A DNA stretch of 64,000 nt, taken from Trueperaceae bacterium. Its GTDB lineage: Bacteria; Deinococcota; Deinococci; Deinococcales; Trueperaceae. Location: positions 1,280,001 through 1,344,000 of the forward strand of contig OZ243927.1 of NCBI GenBank assembly GCA_965213925.1, written 5' to 3'. Shown one piece after another: positions 18,033 through 29,086 of the stretch. The notes under the pieces were generated by a model. It did not search any database, was not told where the DNA came from, and saw only the letters and a program-made list of their open reading frames with translations. Position 1 is the first letter of the stretch, and each line of letters opens with the position of its first letter. A program made the translations under genes and the position numbers.

Positions 18033-18556
18033 CCCAACGATTGCAGTTGCCGAGCGCTCAGATGCGTCAGCGCGAGCGCGAGCGCGTCGGCAACGTGGTG
18101 ACTCTCCGGGGTCTGGGTGAGCTTTAACATGGCGCGAACCATGTAGCTCACCTGGGCTTTGCTCGCTCGTCCTGTGCCGACTAACGCTTGCTTGACCTGC
18201 ATTGGTCCATACTCCACCGTCTCGACGCCCTGTTGCTGCGCGGCCAACAAACACACACCTAACGCCTGCCCCACCTTAAACGCCACATCGCGCTGACGGT
18301 GAAAATACTGCCCTTCGATGGCGAGCACGTCGGGGCGGTGCGCCTTTAAGAAGTCGGTCATTTCAGAATAAATCGTCGCTAACCTCTCCGCTTGATCCGT
18401 GCGGCTGTTCGTTCGCACCAGCGTACTACCCAAATGCGTGACCTCTTTGCCCGTTTCGCGAACCGCGCCCAAGCCTAAGTTGGCGAGTCCGGGGTCTAGT
18501 CCGACGACGATGAGTGCGTCTTGGCGTTTGGGGTTGGCTTTCACTCTGTTTAGCAT
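18029..18556 (-). CDS. ruvC: Holliday junction resolvase RuvC
   Basis: VGLDPGLANLG, LAIEGQYF, EYGPMQVKQALVGTGRASKAQV and HVADALALALTH. Start taken at the ATG at 18556. Confidence 0.93.
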   Translation of the reverse strand: MLNRVKANPKRQDALIVVGLDPGLANLGLGAVRETGKEVTHLGSTLVRTNSRTDQAERLATIYSEMTDFLKAHRPDVLAIEGQYFHRQRDVAFKVGQALGVCLLAAQQQGVETVEYGPMQVKQALVGTGRASKAQVSYMVRAMLKLTQTPESHHVADALALALTHLSARQLQSLG

Positions 18557-18592
18557 GACATATTTGCTGTGGGGAGCGGAAATTGGGGCGTG

Positions 18593-18919
18593 GATGAGGC
18601 TCGAGCTGCTCACCAAGCTGACCCCAGCGACCTTCGGCGTGCGGCTCGCCTTAGAAACCCAGCTACCTGAAGAGGCGCAGGTACAAGACGCGACGCCAGC
18701 GATGCTCGGGCACCTCTTACGCGGTGAGAACGACGATACGCGGGCATACGGAGGCAACTGGGTTGCCGAAGCCCGAACGCTCGCCCTCAAAGTTCCTTCT
18801 GCTGTTCTACCCGTACCGTTCAACTACCTGATTAACCCGCGTCATCCGCAGGCGAAGCGACTTGAATTTTGCGGCAAGTCGAGGTGAGTCTGGACCCGAG
18901 GCTGGTGAGGTCATCATAG
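18593..18919 (+). pseudogene. RES-domain protein fragment, N-terminally truncated and frameshifted near 18866
   Basis: TRAYGGNW...LALKVPSAVLP...NYLINPRHP is the RES C-terminal half. The typical LDPRL ending is in another frame. Confidence 0.65.
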
Positions 18920-18949
18920 GCAGAGTAGCGGTGCGGGTATGCTCAAGTC

Positions 18950-19363
18950 ATGAAAAAGATAAAACAGTGTGCCTCCGTTATCCTTACGGATGAGCGAGGA
19001 CAAGTTTTATTCGTTCATCAGGAGCAGGGGACCTACGGTTTTCCTGGCGGCGTGGTGGACGTAGGAGAAACGCCGCCTATCGCCGCCGTTCGCGAGGCGA
19101 AAGAGGAAGCGAACGTCGAGGTAGGGCTCGAGCACATCATCGGCACCTACTTTTTACGAGGCGGCGGTCTGCCCAATATTTTTGCAACGGTTTATAAGGG
19201 GTGTATTCGCTCAGGAACGCCCGAACCGGATGGGCGAGAGATTATCCGTTTAGAGTGGCGTGACCCGCATGAGCCGCCGACGCCCCTGCTGTCCGACGCT
19301 AAAGCCGCCCTACCTGACTTTCTAGCAGGGCGAAGCAGTGTGGTGAGGGACTACTGGCGATAA
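18950..19363 (+). CDS. NUDIX hydrolase
   Basis: Nudix box PGGVVDVGETPPIAAVREAKEEAN. Confidence 0.9.
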   Translation: MKKIKQCASVILTDERGQVLFVHQEQGTYGFPGGVVDVGETPPIAAVREAKEEANVEVGLEHIIGTYFLRGGGLPNIFATVYKGCIRSGTPEPDGREIIRLEWRDPHEPPTPLLSDAKAALPDFLAGRSSVVRDYWR

Positions 19364-19447
19364 GGCTTTGAGATTCTGTGTGTGCTCAGCCTACGAGAGA
19401 TATAGAAAGGTGAAAGAGGATGCCGAAAGCACCCTCTGCGTATTTGG

Positions 19448-22400
19448 CTAAGCGGTGACGGTGTCGGCTTTTTTCAAACTAATTGCAACGGGTGTTCCTT
19501 CAACCTCTTCTCGCTCACTGTGAAGGGCCTCCTCCACGGGTGAAAACTCCAAGCTCTCCGCCAAAACCTCATTCTGGACGGTCTCTCGGTGCGTCTCCAA
19601 AGCCGCTTGCACGTCGCCAGAGGTCCCCAACCCCAGCACAATCTTGTCCGAGACCTCGAGCCCTGCGTTCTTCCGCGCATTTTGTACGAGCCGAATTACG
19701 TCGCGCATGAGGCCCTCTTGTTCCAGCTCGGGTGTGAGCTGTGTGTTCAAGGCAGCTAAGTAACCTCTCTCTTCCAACGCCGCATATCCTTCTGGGCTCA
19801 CCGCGTCGATTAAGAAGGCTTCGGGCTCGAAGGTGTGTTCTTCGCCGCCTAGCTCGAGCGCGGTTTCTCTCCCCTCGCGGATGTTACGGGCAATCTCTTT
19901 ACCATTTACCTCCGCGAGCTTACGCTTCATCTCCGGCACGAGTTTGCCTAAGCGTTTGCCGACGAGGGGTAAGTTGGGCTTGACGGTGTAATCCACAAAG
20001 TCCGCCGTAACATCTAAGTAGGTCGCTCTTTTGACGTTGAGTTCTTCTAGGAGTTGGGGCTCGAGCCGCTTCAACCCCTGCAACTCCTCGCTGCTCCGCA
20101 CCCGCACCAAGACTTCTGGAAGCGGTTGGCGCGTCTTCATCCCCGACGCTGCTCGCGCCCCGCGCCCAAGCTCCACGACGCGGATGAGCGCGTTCATGTC
20201 GCGTAAGAGGTCGGTGTCGATGAGAGAGGTGTCGAAGGTGGGCCACTCGGAGAGGTGAATAGACTCGGGTTCATCCGGGAAGACCGAGAGGACTAAGTTT
20301 TGGTACAGATGTTCACTGGTAAAAGGAGCCATCGGAGCCATCAGCTTCGCTACCGTGACGAGGGCTTCGTGCAGCGTTTTATAAGCGGCGAGCTTATCCG
20401 TGTCGCTCTCACTCTTCCAGAAGCGGCGGCGGTTGCGGCGCACGTACCAGTTGGAGAGGTCGTCTACCAAAAAATCGCGGATGGCGCGGCTCGAGCTAGT
20501 CGGGTCGTAGTTTTCCAGGTTCTCCGTGACCTCTTGAACTAGCGCGCTGACCTTCGCGACGAGCCAGCGGTCGATCTCCGCCCTTTCGCTGACGGGGACC
20601 TCTTGCGTCAAGTCGGGTTTATCTAGGTTCGCGTACAAAACGAAGAAGCTGTACGTGTTCCACAAGGTCATGAAGAAGTCGCGCAGGGTTTCGTCCACCA
20701 AGTTCTGCGAGAACCGCTTCTGATTGCCTGGCGGGGAGGAGGCGTAGAGGTACCACCTCAGCGCGTCGGCTCCCTGGTCTTCCAAAACTTTCCAGGGGTC
20801 GACGGCGTTGCCCCGCGACTTGGACATCTTGTTGCCCTTTTCGTCGGTGATGTGACCTAAAACGATGCAGTTTTTGAACGCGGAGGTGTCTTGCTCGATA
20901 TGCGCAAGCGCACCGGGCCCCCTCTCCCCGCCACCCGAATCCGTCAAGAGGGTCGCGATAGCGTGGAGGCTGTAGAACCATCCTCTCGTCTGGTCGACCG
21001 CTTCGCAGATATAATCCGCTGGGAAGTTCGGCGCTAACTTCGCCTCATTTTCATAAGGGTAATGCCACTGCGCGTAGGGCATCGCGCCGGACTCGAACCA
21101 GACGTCCACGGTGTAGGGGAGACGCCGAAAGGTTTTGCCGTTCTTTTCGAAGGTGATGTCGTCGACGTAGGGGCGGTGAAGCTCTAAGTCCGAAAAATCT
21201 TGCCCAGTCAGCGTTGACAGCTCCTTCACGCTCCCCACGCAGTGCTGCTCCTGTCCGTCTTCCGAGACCCAGATCGGCAGCGGTGCGCCCCAATATCTCT
21301 CTCTGGACAACGCCCAATCGACGTTGTTCTCCAACCACCGCCCGAAGCGTCCTCCTTTAACGTGTTCAGGGTACCAGTTGATGTTCTGGTTGTTCGCCAA
21401 GAGCTTGTCCTTAACGGCGGTCGTGCGCACGTACCAGGAGCTTTTGGCGTAGAACAGCAGCGCGGTGTCGCAGCGCCAGCAGAAGGGGTAGGTGTGCTTG
21501 AGGCGTCCGGCGCGGTACATGAGCCCGTTTTCTAACAAATCCTTGGCGATGTGCTTATCCGCTTTCTTGAAGAACTGCCCGGTGTAGGGTCCGTCGCCGT
21601 CGGAACCTGCAAGTTTGACCTCTGGATACATCTCGCCCGAGAGGTCGACGGAGAAGAGCGTCGGCAAGCCGTAGGTCTTACCGAGTTCCAAATCCCCATA
21701 GGCAGGCGCTAAGTGAACGACGCCCGTACCGTCGTCTAAGCTGACCATCTCGTCGGCGATGACGCGGAAGCCTTTGGAGGTGTCCTCACCTGCAGGAACG
21801 CGCCCCTCTAAAACGGGATCGTACGTGAGACCAACCAGCGCGTCGCCCGAGAAGGTCTTGAGGAGCACCGCGTGTTCGCCGAAGACGTGTTCTTCTAACT
21901 CCGTCGCGATGATGTAGAGGTCGCGCTCGTAACTGACCTCTTTACTATCTTGCGTGCGCGGCGCGTCGTAAAGCCCGTACTGCGCATCGGCTTTCACCGC
22001 TAACCCTGTATTTGCCGCGAGCGTCCAAGGGCGTTGTGGTCCAAGCGAGGACGTAGACATCGCGCGTGTCATCCTCTAAGATGCCCAGCTCCAAGAGCCT
22101 ATCCTTGTGCGCCGGGAATTTAGGGTAGACCGAGGGGTCGTCCACGTCGTCCTTGTAGCCCTGCGACACTTCGTGGTCCGCCAGTGAGGTGTTACAGCGC
22201 GGGCAGTGCATGGTGACTTTGTAATCTTCAAAGAGCAACCCACGCTTCCACAGCGACTTCATCACCCACCAGCACGACTCGATGTAGGAATTTTCATAGG
22301 TCACATAGGGGTCCTGTAAATCCAACCAGAAGCCGATGCGTTCGGTCATGGCGTTCCACTCTTGAATATATTCGAACGCCGACTCCTTGGCGAGTTTATT

Positions 22401-22745
22401 AAACTCCGCGATGCCGAAGTTCTCGATGTCTTTTTTGCCGCTAAAGCCGAGTTTTTTCTCGATCTCTAACTCGACAGGTAAACCGTGCGTGTCCCAGCCG
22501 CCTTTACGCCCGACCCTGTAGCCTTGCATCGTCTTGAAGCGGGGGAAGAGGTCTTTGAAAGCTCTCGAGATCACGTGGTGCACGCCCGGCCTGCCGTTCG
22601 CGGTGGGTGGACCTTCGTAAAAGATATAGTCGCCTTTGTCAGAAGGCCTGTCCACCGACTTGCGGAAGACACCCTGCTCGCGCCAGAAGCCTGCGACCTC
22701 TTGCTCGAGCTTAGGAAAATTTGCACTGCCAACGTTTTTGAACAT
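19448..22745 (-). CDS. ileS: Isoleucyl-tRNA synthetase (type 2), split by a single frameshift near 22030
   Basis: FYEGPPTANG.PGVHH, GWDTHGLP, DWALSRERYWG, DQTRGWFY and KMSKS. The conserved WTTTPWTL is broken by one extra base. Confidence 0.93.
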
Positions 22746-22890
22746 CCGTGTACCTCTCAAGCAGGTATCATCTGGTCATCGACGCCCTAAATAGATAAAG
22801 CGTTGTTGAGCACGTACGAAAAAGGATGATACCTGCGGAAAATCTCTCCCGACGTGCTATTGGAAGGCTGAAACTCAGTGTTTTAGGGGA

Positions 22891-23232
22891 CAAAAAACAA
22901 CGTCCCACGCCGCTAAAAGCATTGGGACGCTCTGGTTCAAAGAAAACATAGGGAGCGTGGTACCACCCAACTTCGTCAAGACCTCGCAGCCCTGACCTCT
23001 TCGACTTCTCGCAGGTGCGGGCGAAAAGCCTTCCGCTGTGACGTGCGGAGCACGGCGTTACTTACTCGGTAGCTATTAGCGGTTAGCTTTTAGCTAAGAC
23101 CTAATCGCTAACGGCTGCCTTTAGGTACGCAGCTCGAGGAGGATATTCGCTGACGCTTCTCTACCGGGCTTCCACCCTCCCCGGCTCGCTGTAGAGTTTG
23201 ACGACTAGCTACTCGTTCCCGTCATCGCTTTT
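22891..23232 (-). promoter_or_regulatory. T-box riboswitch (Ile) in the ileS leader, with terminator
   Basis: Minus strand shows GCGATGA, AGTA, AGCGAG-CCGGG-GAGGGTGGAAG-CCCGG, specifier GAAT-ATC (Ile), T-box TTGGGTGGTACCACG, and terminator GCGTCCCA...TGGGACGTTGTTTTTT. Confidence 0.92.
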
Positions 23233-23861
23233 TTAGGCTCCACTCCATACATAAAGGTGTCTTTAGAAACAAATGTGTTGCCAGAACGCTTTACATAGGC
23301 GTGAAGACCTGCATATACTAGAGCGTAGCAGCCTCTTCATACGGCGTCAATACGCTGCGCTGCATACCCGCTGACAACTCCAGACAACTTGGTAAATTCG
23401 TCCACAACGTGTTAGGGTGAAACATCCGAGTTAGAGGCTTGCATGGGCGCGGCTTACGCACCCGTATGGCAGCAGTTTTTACTTTCAGTTCATTTAACTA
23501 GGGCCAATCAGGTCGCAACTTCTCTCTACCTAAGAGCGTTTGAGACATAGTATGTGTAGCCGTAAACGAAAAGATGGTCGGTCAAATCCTCTTATGATGC
23601 ATAATGTAACCTATTTAACGCCTTTATTCCTCTCTTTTTTAGATGCCGAACGTGACAAGTTGTTCGGACTACCAACCCCCTCTCAGCTAACTTCCAGGAG
23701 CCAAGTATGAATTTTTTAGGTGTGTTCTCTACGCCTTCGGTCGCAACCTTTTTCACAACCGTCGCCGTATCCGACCCTTCAGGAGTGACCGGCGCAGTTT
23801 TAGACCAACTAACCCGACATAACCTAAGTCGCGGCGTGGACGCTGCGCGAGCGGAGAGCGT

Positions 23862-25505
23862 ATGACTAAGGCGCAAGAAGCGGACACGGTGGACGAAGTT
23901 ATAGAGCAAGGGGGCGAGCAGGAGGGAGCCGAGAAACCTAAGCGGCGCGGACGTCCTAAGGGAAGTGGGCGCAAAAAGAAAACTGAAGACGTAGCAGGGA
24001 CGAACGGCGTCGCTGAGGCGCAAGCAGAAGACGCCCCAGACGTTGAAGAAAAAGCGCCGCCCAAAAAGCGCGGACGTCCTAAAAAGCAAGCGCCGAAAGC
24101 CGAACCTGAAGAGAGTGGCGACGAGGAGGCGGGTCAAGCGGCGTCGGGTGACGACGCAGACTCAGGCGACGACGCCGAGGATACGAAAAAAGAGCGCGGG
24201 TCCTCCCGGCGCGGGCGTGGGCGCAGTCAGCGCTCGAGACGCCAAAGCCTCAACTACCGCGACTTACAGTCTAAAATTTTGCCAGAACTGCACCTTCTGG
24301 CGAAAGAGGTCGGGCTTTCAGACTACCGCCAGATGGACAAAGACGACCTCTCGGTGGCGATTTTGGAGCGCTCTGCGGAAGGCGAAGGGCTCAAGCTCGT
24401 CCGAGGATACTTGGAAATCTCCTCGGACGGGTACGGCTTCTTACAGGAATCCTTGTTGCAAAACAACACCCGCTCGGTCATCGTCTCCGCCGGGCTCATC
24501 AAGCAGTTCAAGCTCCGCACGGGCGACATGATCTTAGGCAAGTCGCGCAAGCCGCGCGACAACGAGCGCTACGGCACCCTCATCCGGGTCGAAGCGGTCA
24601 ACGGGGTGGACCCCTTTCAGGCGGCGAAACGCCCCCGCTTCGACGACCTCGTGCCGACCTTCCCCGAGGAGCGCATTCAGCTCGAGACCACCCAAAACGA
24701 GGTCGCCGCGCGCGTCATCGACCTCTTAGCCCCCATCGGGCGCGGTCAGCGCGGTCTTATCGTCGCGCCGCCTAAAGCGGGTAAAACGACGCTCCTTAAA
24801 AAAGATTGCCAACTCCGTGGTCACCAACGAGCCCGACATCACCGTGATCGTCCTCTTAGTAGACGAGCGCCCCGAAGAGGTCACGGACTTCCGCGAGTCG
24901 GTCTCGGGCGTCGAAGTGATCGCCAGTACCTTCGACGAGCCGCCGACGAATCACATCCGCGTGGCGGAATTTGTGCACGAACGCTCTCGCCGCATCGTCG
25001 AAGAGGGCGGGCACGTGATGATCCTTTGCTCGATTCGATTACCAGCGCTTGGCGCGGGCGAACAACCTCGTCACGCCGCCCACAGGTCGCACGCTCTCGG
25101 GCGGTTTGGACTCCTCGGCGCTGCACTGGCCTAAGCGCTTTTTAGGCGCAGCGCGCAACATTCGCGGCGGCGGCTCCTTGTCCATCATGGCGACGGCGTT
25201 GGTCGAGACGGGCTCGCGCATGGACGACGTCATCTTCGAGGAGTTCAAGGGCACGGGCAATATGGAGCTTCACCTCTCGCGCCGCTTGGAAGAGCGCCGC
25301 ATCTTCCCCGCCATCGACATCTTGAAGTCGAGCACGCGCCGCGAGGACCTCTTGCTCCTGGGCGAAGAGGTGCTTAGCGAAGATGTGGCTCTTGCGCAAA
25401 GTTATCAGCGACATGGACCCCGCTGAAGCGATGGATATGCTGCTTTCGCGCTTAGGCCGCACGAAGAGCAATGCGGACTTTTTGTCAACCTTGGGTCAGG
25501 GGTAG
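23862..25505 (+). CDS. rho: Transcription termination factor Rho with a long N-terminal extension; several apparent frameshifts
   Basis: [50 protein letters not shown] and [12 protein letters not shown] are spread over several frames. Confidence 0.92.
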
Positions 25506-25617
25506 TGCTAGCGTTGAGGTGATTGTAGTTTAGTCTCGCCGTCAGGGACCGAACTGCAAAATCACCTCTGGGGCTAGCGTTCTGAACACCACCGTCAAGC
25601 AGAAGAAGAGGAGCGAC

Positions 25618-26688
25618 GTGTTGAGGTTTCTCAGCACGCTGCTTCTTTTTTCTTTGTGTTCTCTAACTTTGTGTTCTCTGGCGTCGGCGCAGACGCACAC
25701 CGTCGTTTCCGGTGACACGCTGGCTGCGCTGGCGCAGCGTTACGGTGTGGGCGTCGAGGACCTCATGCAGCGCAATAACCTGAGTAGCACCGTGATTCGC
25801 GTCGGTCAGACTTTGCAAGTGTCCGGGCAGCCTCCCGGCGCAAGCATTCCTGGGCTGCCGCCCTCGTTCAAACGCCATACCGTCACGGCGGGGGAAACGT
25901 GGGCGAGCGTGGCGACGCGCTACGGCTTAGATGTGGCGACGCTCGAGGCGGTCAACCCCGAACTCACCTCCGGTGCGCCGCTGCTGCCGGGTGGAACGCT
26001 CGCCATCTCGCCGGAGCGCGGCACCCTCGCTACGCTAAGCGAGGGGCAGAATCTACTCGGGCTCGCTTTAGAGAACGACCTCTCGCCCGGCGAACTCGTC
26101 AGACTCAACGGGTTTCGCGACGCCTCCAGCCTAGAGGAAGGTCAGCAGATTTTTATCCCTGCGAGAAGGGCAACGTTCGCCGCGCCGCTCGAGCCTCAAC
26201 CGACCTCCGCCTCTCAACGGGGTGAACTCAGAGCGCAAAGTCTCCAACTCATAGGTCGAGCCCCGCAACTTTTGCGCTCTTATGAGCCACCTGCGCAAAA
26301 TTACATCTGGCCCCTAACGAGAAAAGGGCGCATCAGCTCGCGCTTTGGGCGCAGAAATATCTCGGTGCGGGGCAACACGTACCACGCGGGCGTAGACATC
26401 GCCGCGCCTTCCGGCACGCCGATTCGCGCGGTACAAGGCGGCGTCGTGACGCGCTCGGGCTGGGGCGGCTCGTACGGCTACGTCGTCTACGTCGAACATC
26501 CGAACGGCGCGCAGACCCGCTACGCGCACATGCGCCGTATCACAGTGCCTAAAGGTCGGCGGGTGCAGCAGGGTGACGTGTTGGGAGAAGTCGGCAGCAC
26601 GGGCGCGTCTACCGGACCCCATCTACACTTCGAACTGCGCTTCAACGGCTACGCGGCGGACCCGCTGGGGTATCTCGAGCGTTATTAG
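25618..26688 (+). CDS. LysM-repeat M23 peptidoglycan endopeptidase
   Basis: Signal peptide, three LysM-like repeats, HAGVD, YAH and STGPHLHFE. Confidence 0.9.
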   Translation: MLRFLSTLLLFSLCSLTLCSLASAQTHTVVSGDTLAALAQRYGVGVEDLMQRNNLSSTVIRVGQTLQVSGQPPGASIPGLPPSFKRHTVTAGETWASVATRYGLDVATLEAVNPELTSGAPLLPGGTLAISPERGTLATLSEGQNLLGLALENDLSPGELVRLNGFRDASSLEEGQQIFIPARRATFAAPLEPQPTSASQRGELRAQSLQLIGRAPQLLRSYEPPAQNYIWPLTRKGRISSRFGRRNISVRGNTYHAGVDIAAPSGTPIRAVQGGVVTRSGWGGSYGYVVYVEHPNGAQTRYAHMRRITVPKGRRVQQGDVLGEVGSTGASTGPHLHFELRFNGYAADPLGYLERY

Positions 26689-26909
26689 CTATTCAGCATA
26701 GGTTAAGGCTGAAAGCCGTTATGGAATTTTGCTTCCAGCAAACGCTTCGCGCTTCGTTGGAGCAGCATTTTCAATGCTCACCTGTGTCAGCTTGTCAGGA
26801 AACCCTGAAATGCTAACAAGCTGACTGGCTGGGATGCTCTTAACATTTACAGTTCCCCTCTTAGGTAAATACGTACAGACGCTTGACCTTTGCTGCGTTA
26901 GATTAGGAC

Positions 26910-27293
26910 ATGCCACGGGTGCTCCTAATCGACGATGAGCGGTTTTTGTTAGCGCGGCTCGAGCGCTCCTTTCTCGCCGCAGGCTACGAGGTGCTCATCG
27001 CCGCCTCCGCGAACGAGGGCGTTTCGCTCGCGCGGGCGTTCGCGCCCGACCTCATCGTATTGGACCGGACGCTGCCCAAGGTCAACGGCACCTTTCCCGC
27101 CGAAGTGCTGCGGAGTGCGCCTGAAACCGCAGCCATACCCCTTATCTTTCTGAGCCGCCGCCCTAAACTGAAATCTACGCAGGTGCGGCAGAGCGCGTCG
27201 CTCCACAAACCGTTTCGACCCAGTCAGCTCGTCGAGCTTGCGAAAAGCCGTTTGAATGAGCTATGCGAAATCGGAACAGTTCCGATTTCTTGA
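26910..27293 (+). CDS. Single-domain response regulator
   Basis: VLLIDDE, PDLIVLD..LP and KPF. Confidence 0.8.
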   Translation: MPRVLLIDDERFLLARLERSFLAAGYEVLIAASANEGVSLARAFAPDLIVLDRTLPKVNGTFPAEVLRSAPETAAIPLIFLSRRPKLKSTQVRQSASLHKPFRPSQLVELAKSRLNELCEIGTVPIS

Positions 27294-27371
27294 CGCTCTG
27301 TATATAAAAGCGTATAATTCCTTACAGTTCACCCGAGATTGACGGGTTCAGGTAGAAATAAGGAGAAGGCT

Positions 27372-27818
27372 ATGTGGGTATCCACGAGAGCACAGTACGG
27401 GATGCGCGCGCTGGTTGAAATTGCGCTCAGCGACGCGCCGACAAGCCTCAAGGTCGTGGCGGAGCGGCAGAATATCAGTCAGCATTATTTAGAACAAATC
27501 GTCGCCGTACTGCGCCGCGCGGGTATTGTCGAGTCGGTGCGCGGGGCGTACGGCGGCTACCGCTTGGCGCGTCCGGTAAATGAAATTACGGCGCTCGAGG
27601 TGGTCGAACTGATGGAGGGCAGCCTCGCGCCCGTCGCGTGCATCGAAGACGAGAGCGCGTGCGAACGCACTGGGCACTGCTCGACGGAGTCTCTCTGGAA
27701 CCGCGTGGATGAGGCGGTGCGGGACGTGCTCGGCAAAACGACCTTGGTGCATCTCGTGGCGGAGCGGCAGCTTTTACAGCTCGAGGCCCTCCCTGAGCAG
27801 TTCATAAGCGCAAATTAA
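27372..27818 (+). CDS. Rrf2-family regulator (IscR/CymR-like)
   Basis: STRAQYGMRAL, YLEQI, SVRGAYGGYRLA and three Cys. Upstream of a cysteine desulfurase. Confidence 0.88.
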   Translation: MWVSTRAQYGMRALVEIALSDAPTSLKVVAERQNISQHYLEQIVAVLRRAGIVESVRGAYGGYRLARPVNEITALEVVELMEGSLAPVACIEDESACERTGHCSTESLWNRVDEAVRDVLGKTTLVHLVAERQLLQLEALPEQFISAN

Positions 27819-27862
27819 GTTCATTCGAGCTTAGCCCACTTTAATCACATCTGTACCGACCT

Positions 27863-27931
27863 AAACAAGAGGTTGCAGAATATGAATAAGGGGTTGCAGA
27901 ATATAAAACAAGGGGTTGCAACCCCTTGTTT
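27863..27931. repeat. About 21-bp tandem repeats ending in a perfect 26-bp palindrome (REP-like)
   Basis: AAACAAGAGGTTGCAGAATAT / GAATAAGGGGTTGCAGAATAT / AAACAAGGGGTTGCAACCCCTTGTTT. Confidence 0.75.
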
Positions 27932-27948
27932 GGTGGAGAGGTTTTTTC

Positions 27949-29082
27949 GTGAACGTTTATCTCGATTACGCGGCGACGACGCCCTTGGACCCGCAGGTTT
28001 TGGAGGCGATGCTGCCCTCCTTGCGGGGCGACTTCGCCAATCCATCCAGTTTGCACGGCTACGGTCAGCGGGCGCGGCGCGCCGTAGAAAGCGCGCGTGA
28101 AGCGGTCACCGCAGCGATCCGCGCGCAGCCTAAGGAGCTTATCTTTACCTCGGGCGCGACCGAGGCGGATAACCACGCTTTAAGGGCGGTGGCGCAGCTT
28201 CGGCCGGGTCAGCATATCGTCACGAGCGCCTTGGAGCATTCGGCGGTTTTGACGACGTGTAAGGTTCTCGAGCAAAATCATCCCGTCACCTATCTGAAGC
28301 CGAACGAGCGCGGCGAAATCACCCCCGACGCCGTCCAAAACGCCCTCCGCCCCGACACCGCGCTCGTCGCGCTCATGTTCGTCAACAACGAAACGGGCGT
28401 CATCACCGACATTCCTGCTATCAGCCAAGTCGTTAAGGGCGCGGGCGCACTGCTTTTTTGCGACGCGGTGCAAGCGTTCGGCATGCTGGATGTAGACGTA
28501 AAAGCGCTCGGTGTAGACATGCTCGCCCTCTCCGGGCATAAAGCTTACGGACCCAAAGGGGTCGGCGTGCTCTACGTGAGAGAGGGTTTGGAGCTTCCCC
28601 CCCTCCTCCTAGGTGGTGAGCAAGAGCGCGGGCTGAGAGCGGGTACGCTCAACGTTCCCGCAATTGTAGGGATGGGCAGGGCGGCGGAGCTTGTGCGGGA
28701 ACGCTTGATAGAGGATAAAGAGGTCACCGCGAAGCTTAGAGATAGGTTGGAGCGCCACCTCCTCCAAATCGAGGGTGTTTCGCTCAACGCGGCGCACGCG
28801 CCAAGAGGTCCGAAGCACGTGAACATCAGCGTAGCGGGCGCGGACGGTGAGGCGCTGCTGATGGGGCTCGATAGCCGAGGAATCGCGGCGAGTTCGGGCT
28901 CAGCCTGCGCCGCCGGGACGTTGGAGCCGAGCCACGTCCTGCTAGCGATGGGTTTAAGTTACGCCGAAGCTAAAGCGAGCGTGCGTTTCTCACTTGGGCG
29001 CGGCGTAACGGAGGAGATGCTCGACTACACCGCCGACGCTTTCGCTGAGGTGGCAGGGCGGGCGCGGCTCTTCGCGGCTTGA
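27949..29082 (+). CDS. iscS: Cysteine desulfurase (IscS/NifS type)
   Basis: YLDYAATTP, FTSGATEADN, SGHKAYGPKG and SSGSAC. GTG start at 27949. Confidence 0.92.
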   Translation: MNVYLDYAATTPLDPQVLEAMLPSLRGDFANPSSLHGYGQRARRAVESAREAVTAAIRAQPKELIFTSGATEADNHALRAVAQLRPGQHIVTSALEHSAVLTTCKVLEQNHPVTYLKPNERGEITPDAVQNALRPDTALVALMFVNNETGVITDIPAISQVVKGAGALLFCDAVQAFGMLDVDVKALGVDMLALSGHKAYGPKGVGVLYVREGLELPPLLLGGEQERGLRAGTLNVPAIVGMGRAAELVRERLIEDKEVTAKLRDRLERHLLQIEGVSLNAAHAPRGPKHVNISVAGADGEALLMGLDSRGIAASSGSACAAGTLEPSHVLLAMGLSYAEAKASVRFSLGRGVTEEMLDYTADAFAEVAGRARLFAA

Positions 29083-29086
29083 TAAT

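Noticed and set aside
18556..18823. N-terminal extension of RuvC, and similar extensions in the ORF track for lgt, the MFS, the DHFR-like gene, pntA and the GNAT
   Set aside because: These come from longest-ORF calling. Family homology and RBSs begin at downstream starts.
22020..22040. Programmed frameshift in ileS
   Set aside because: There is no slippery sequence, the break falls in the invariant WTTTPWTL motif, and similar indels occur in nearby rho. Sequencing error is more likely.
23235..23860. ncRNA in the long ileS-rho intergenic region
   Set aside because: I could not recognise any RNA family or convincing ORF by eye. It is probably divergent promoters and a rho leader.
23592..24137. 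181-aa minus-strand ORF and other antisense ORFs overlapping recognised genes
   Set aside because: They are shadow ORFs of GC-rich coding sequence with no recognisable motifs.
27863..27931. GTTGCA-containing repeats as a mini CRISPR array
   Set aside because: The units are directly tandem at about 21 bp with no unique spacers.
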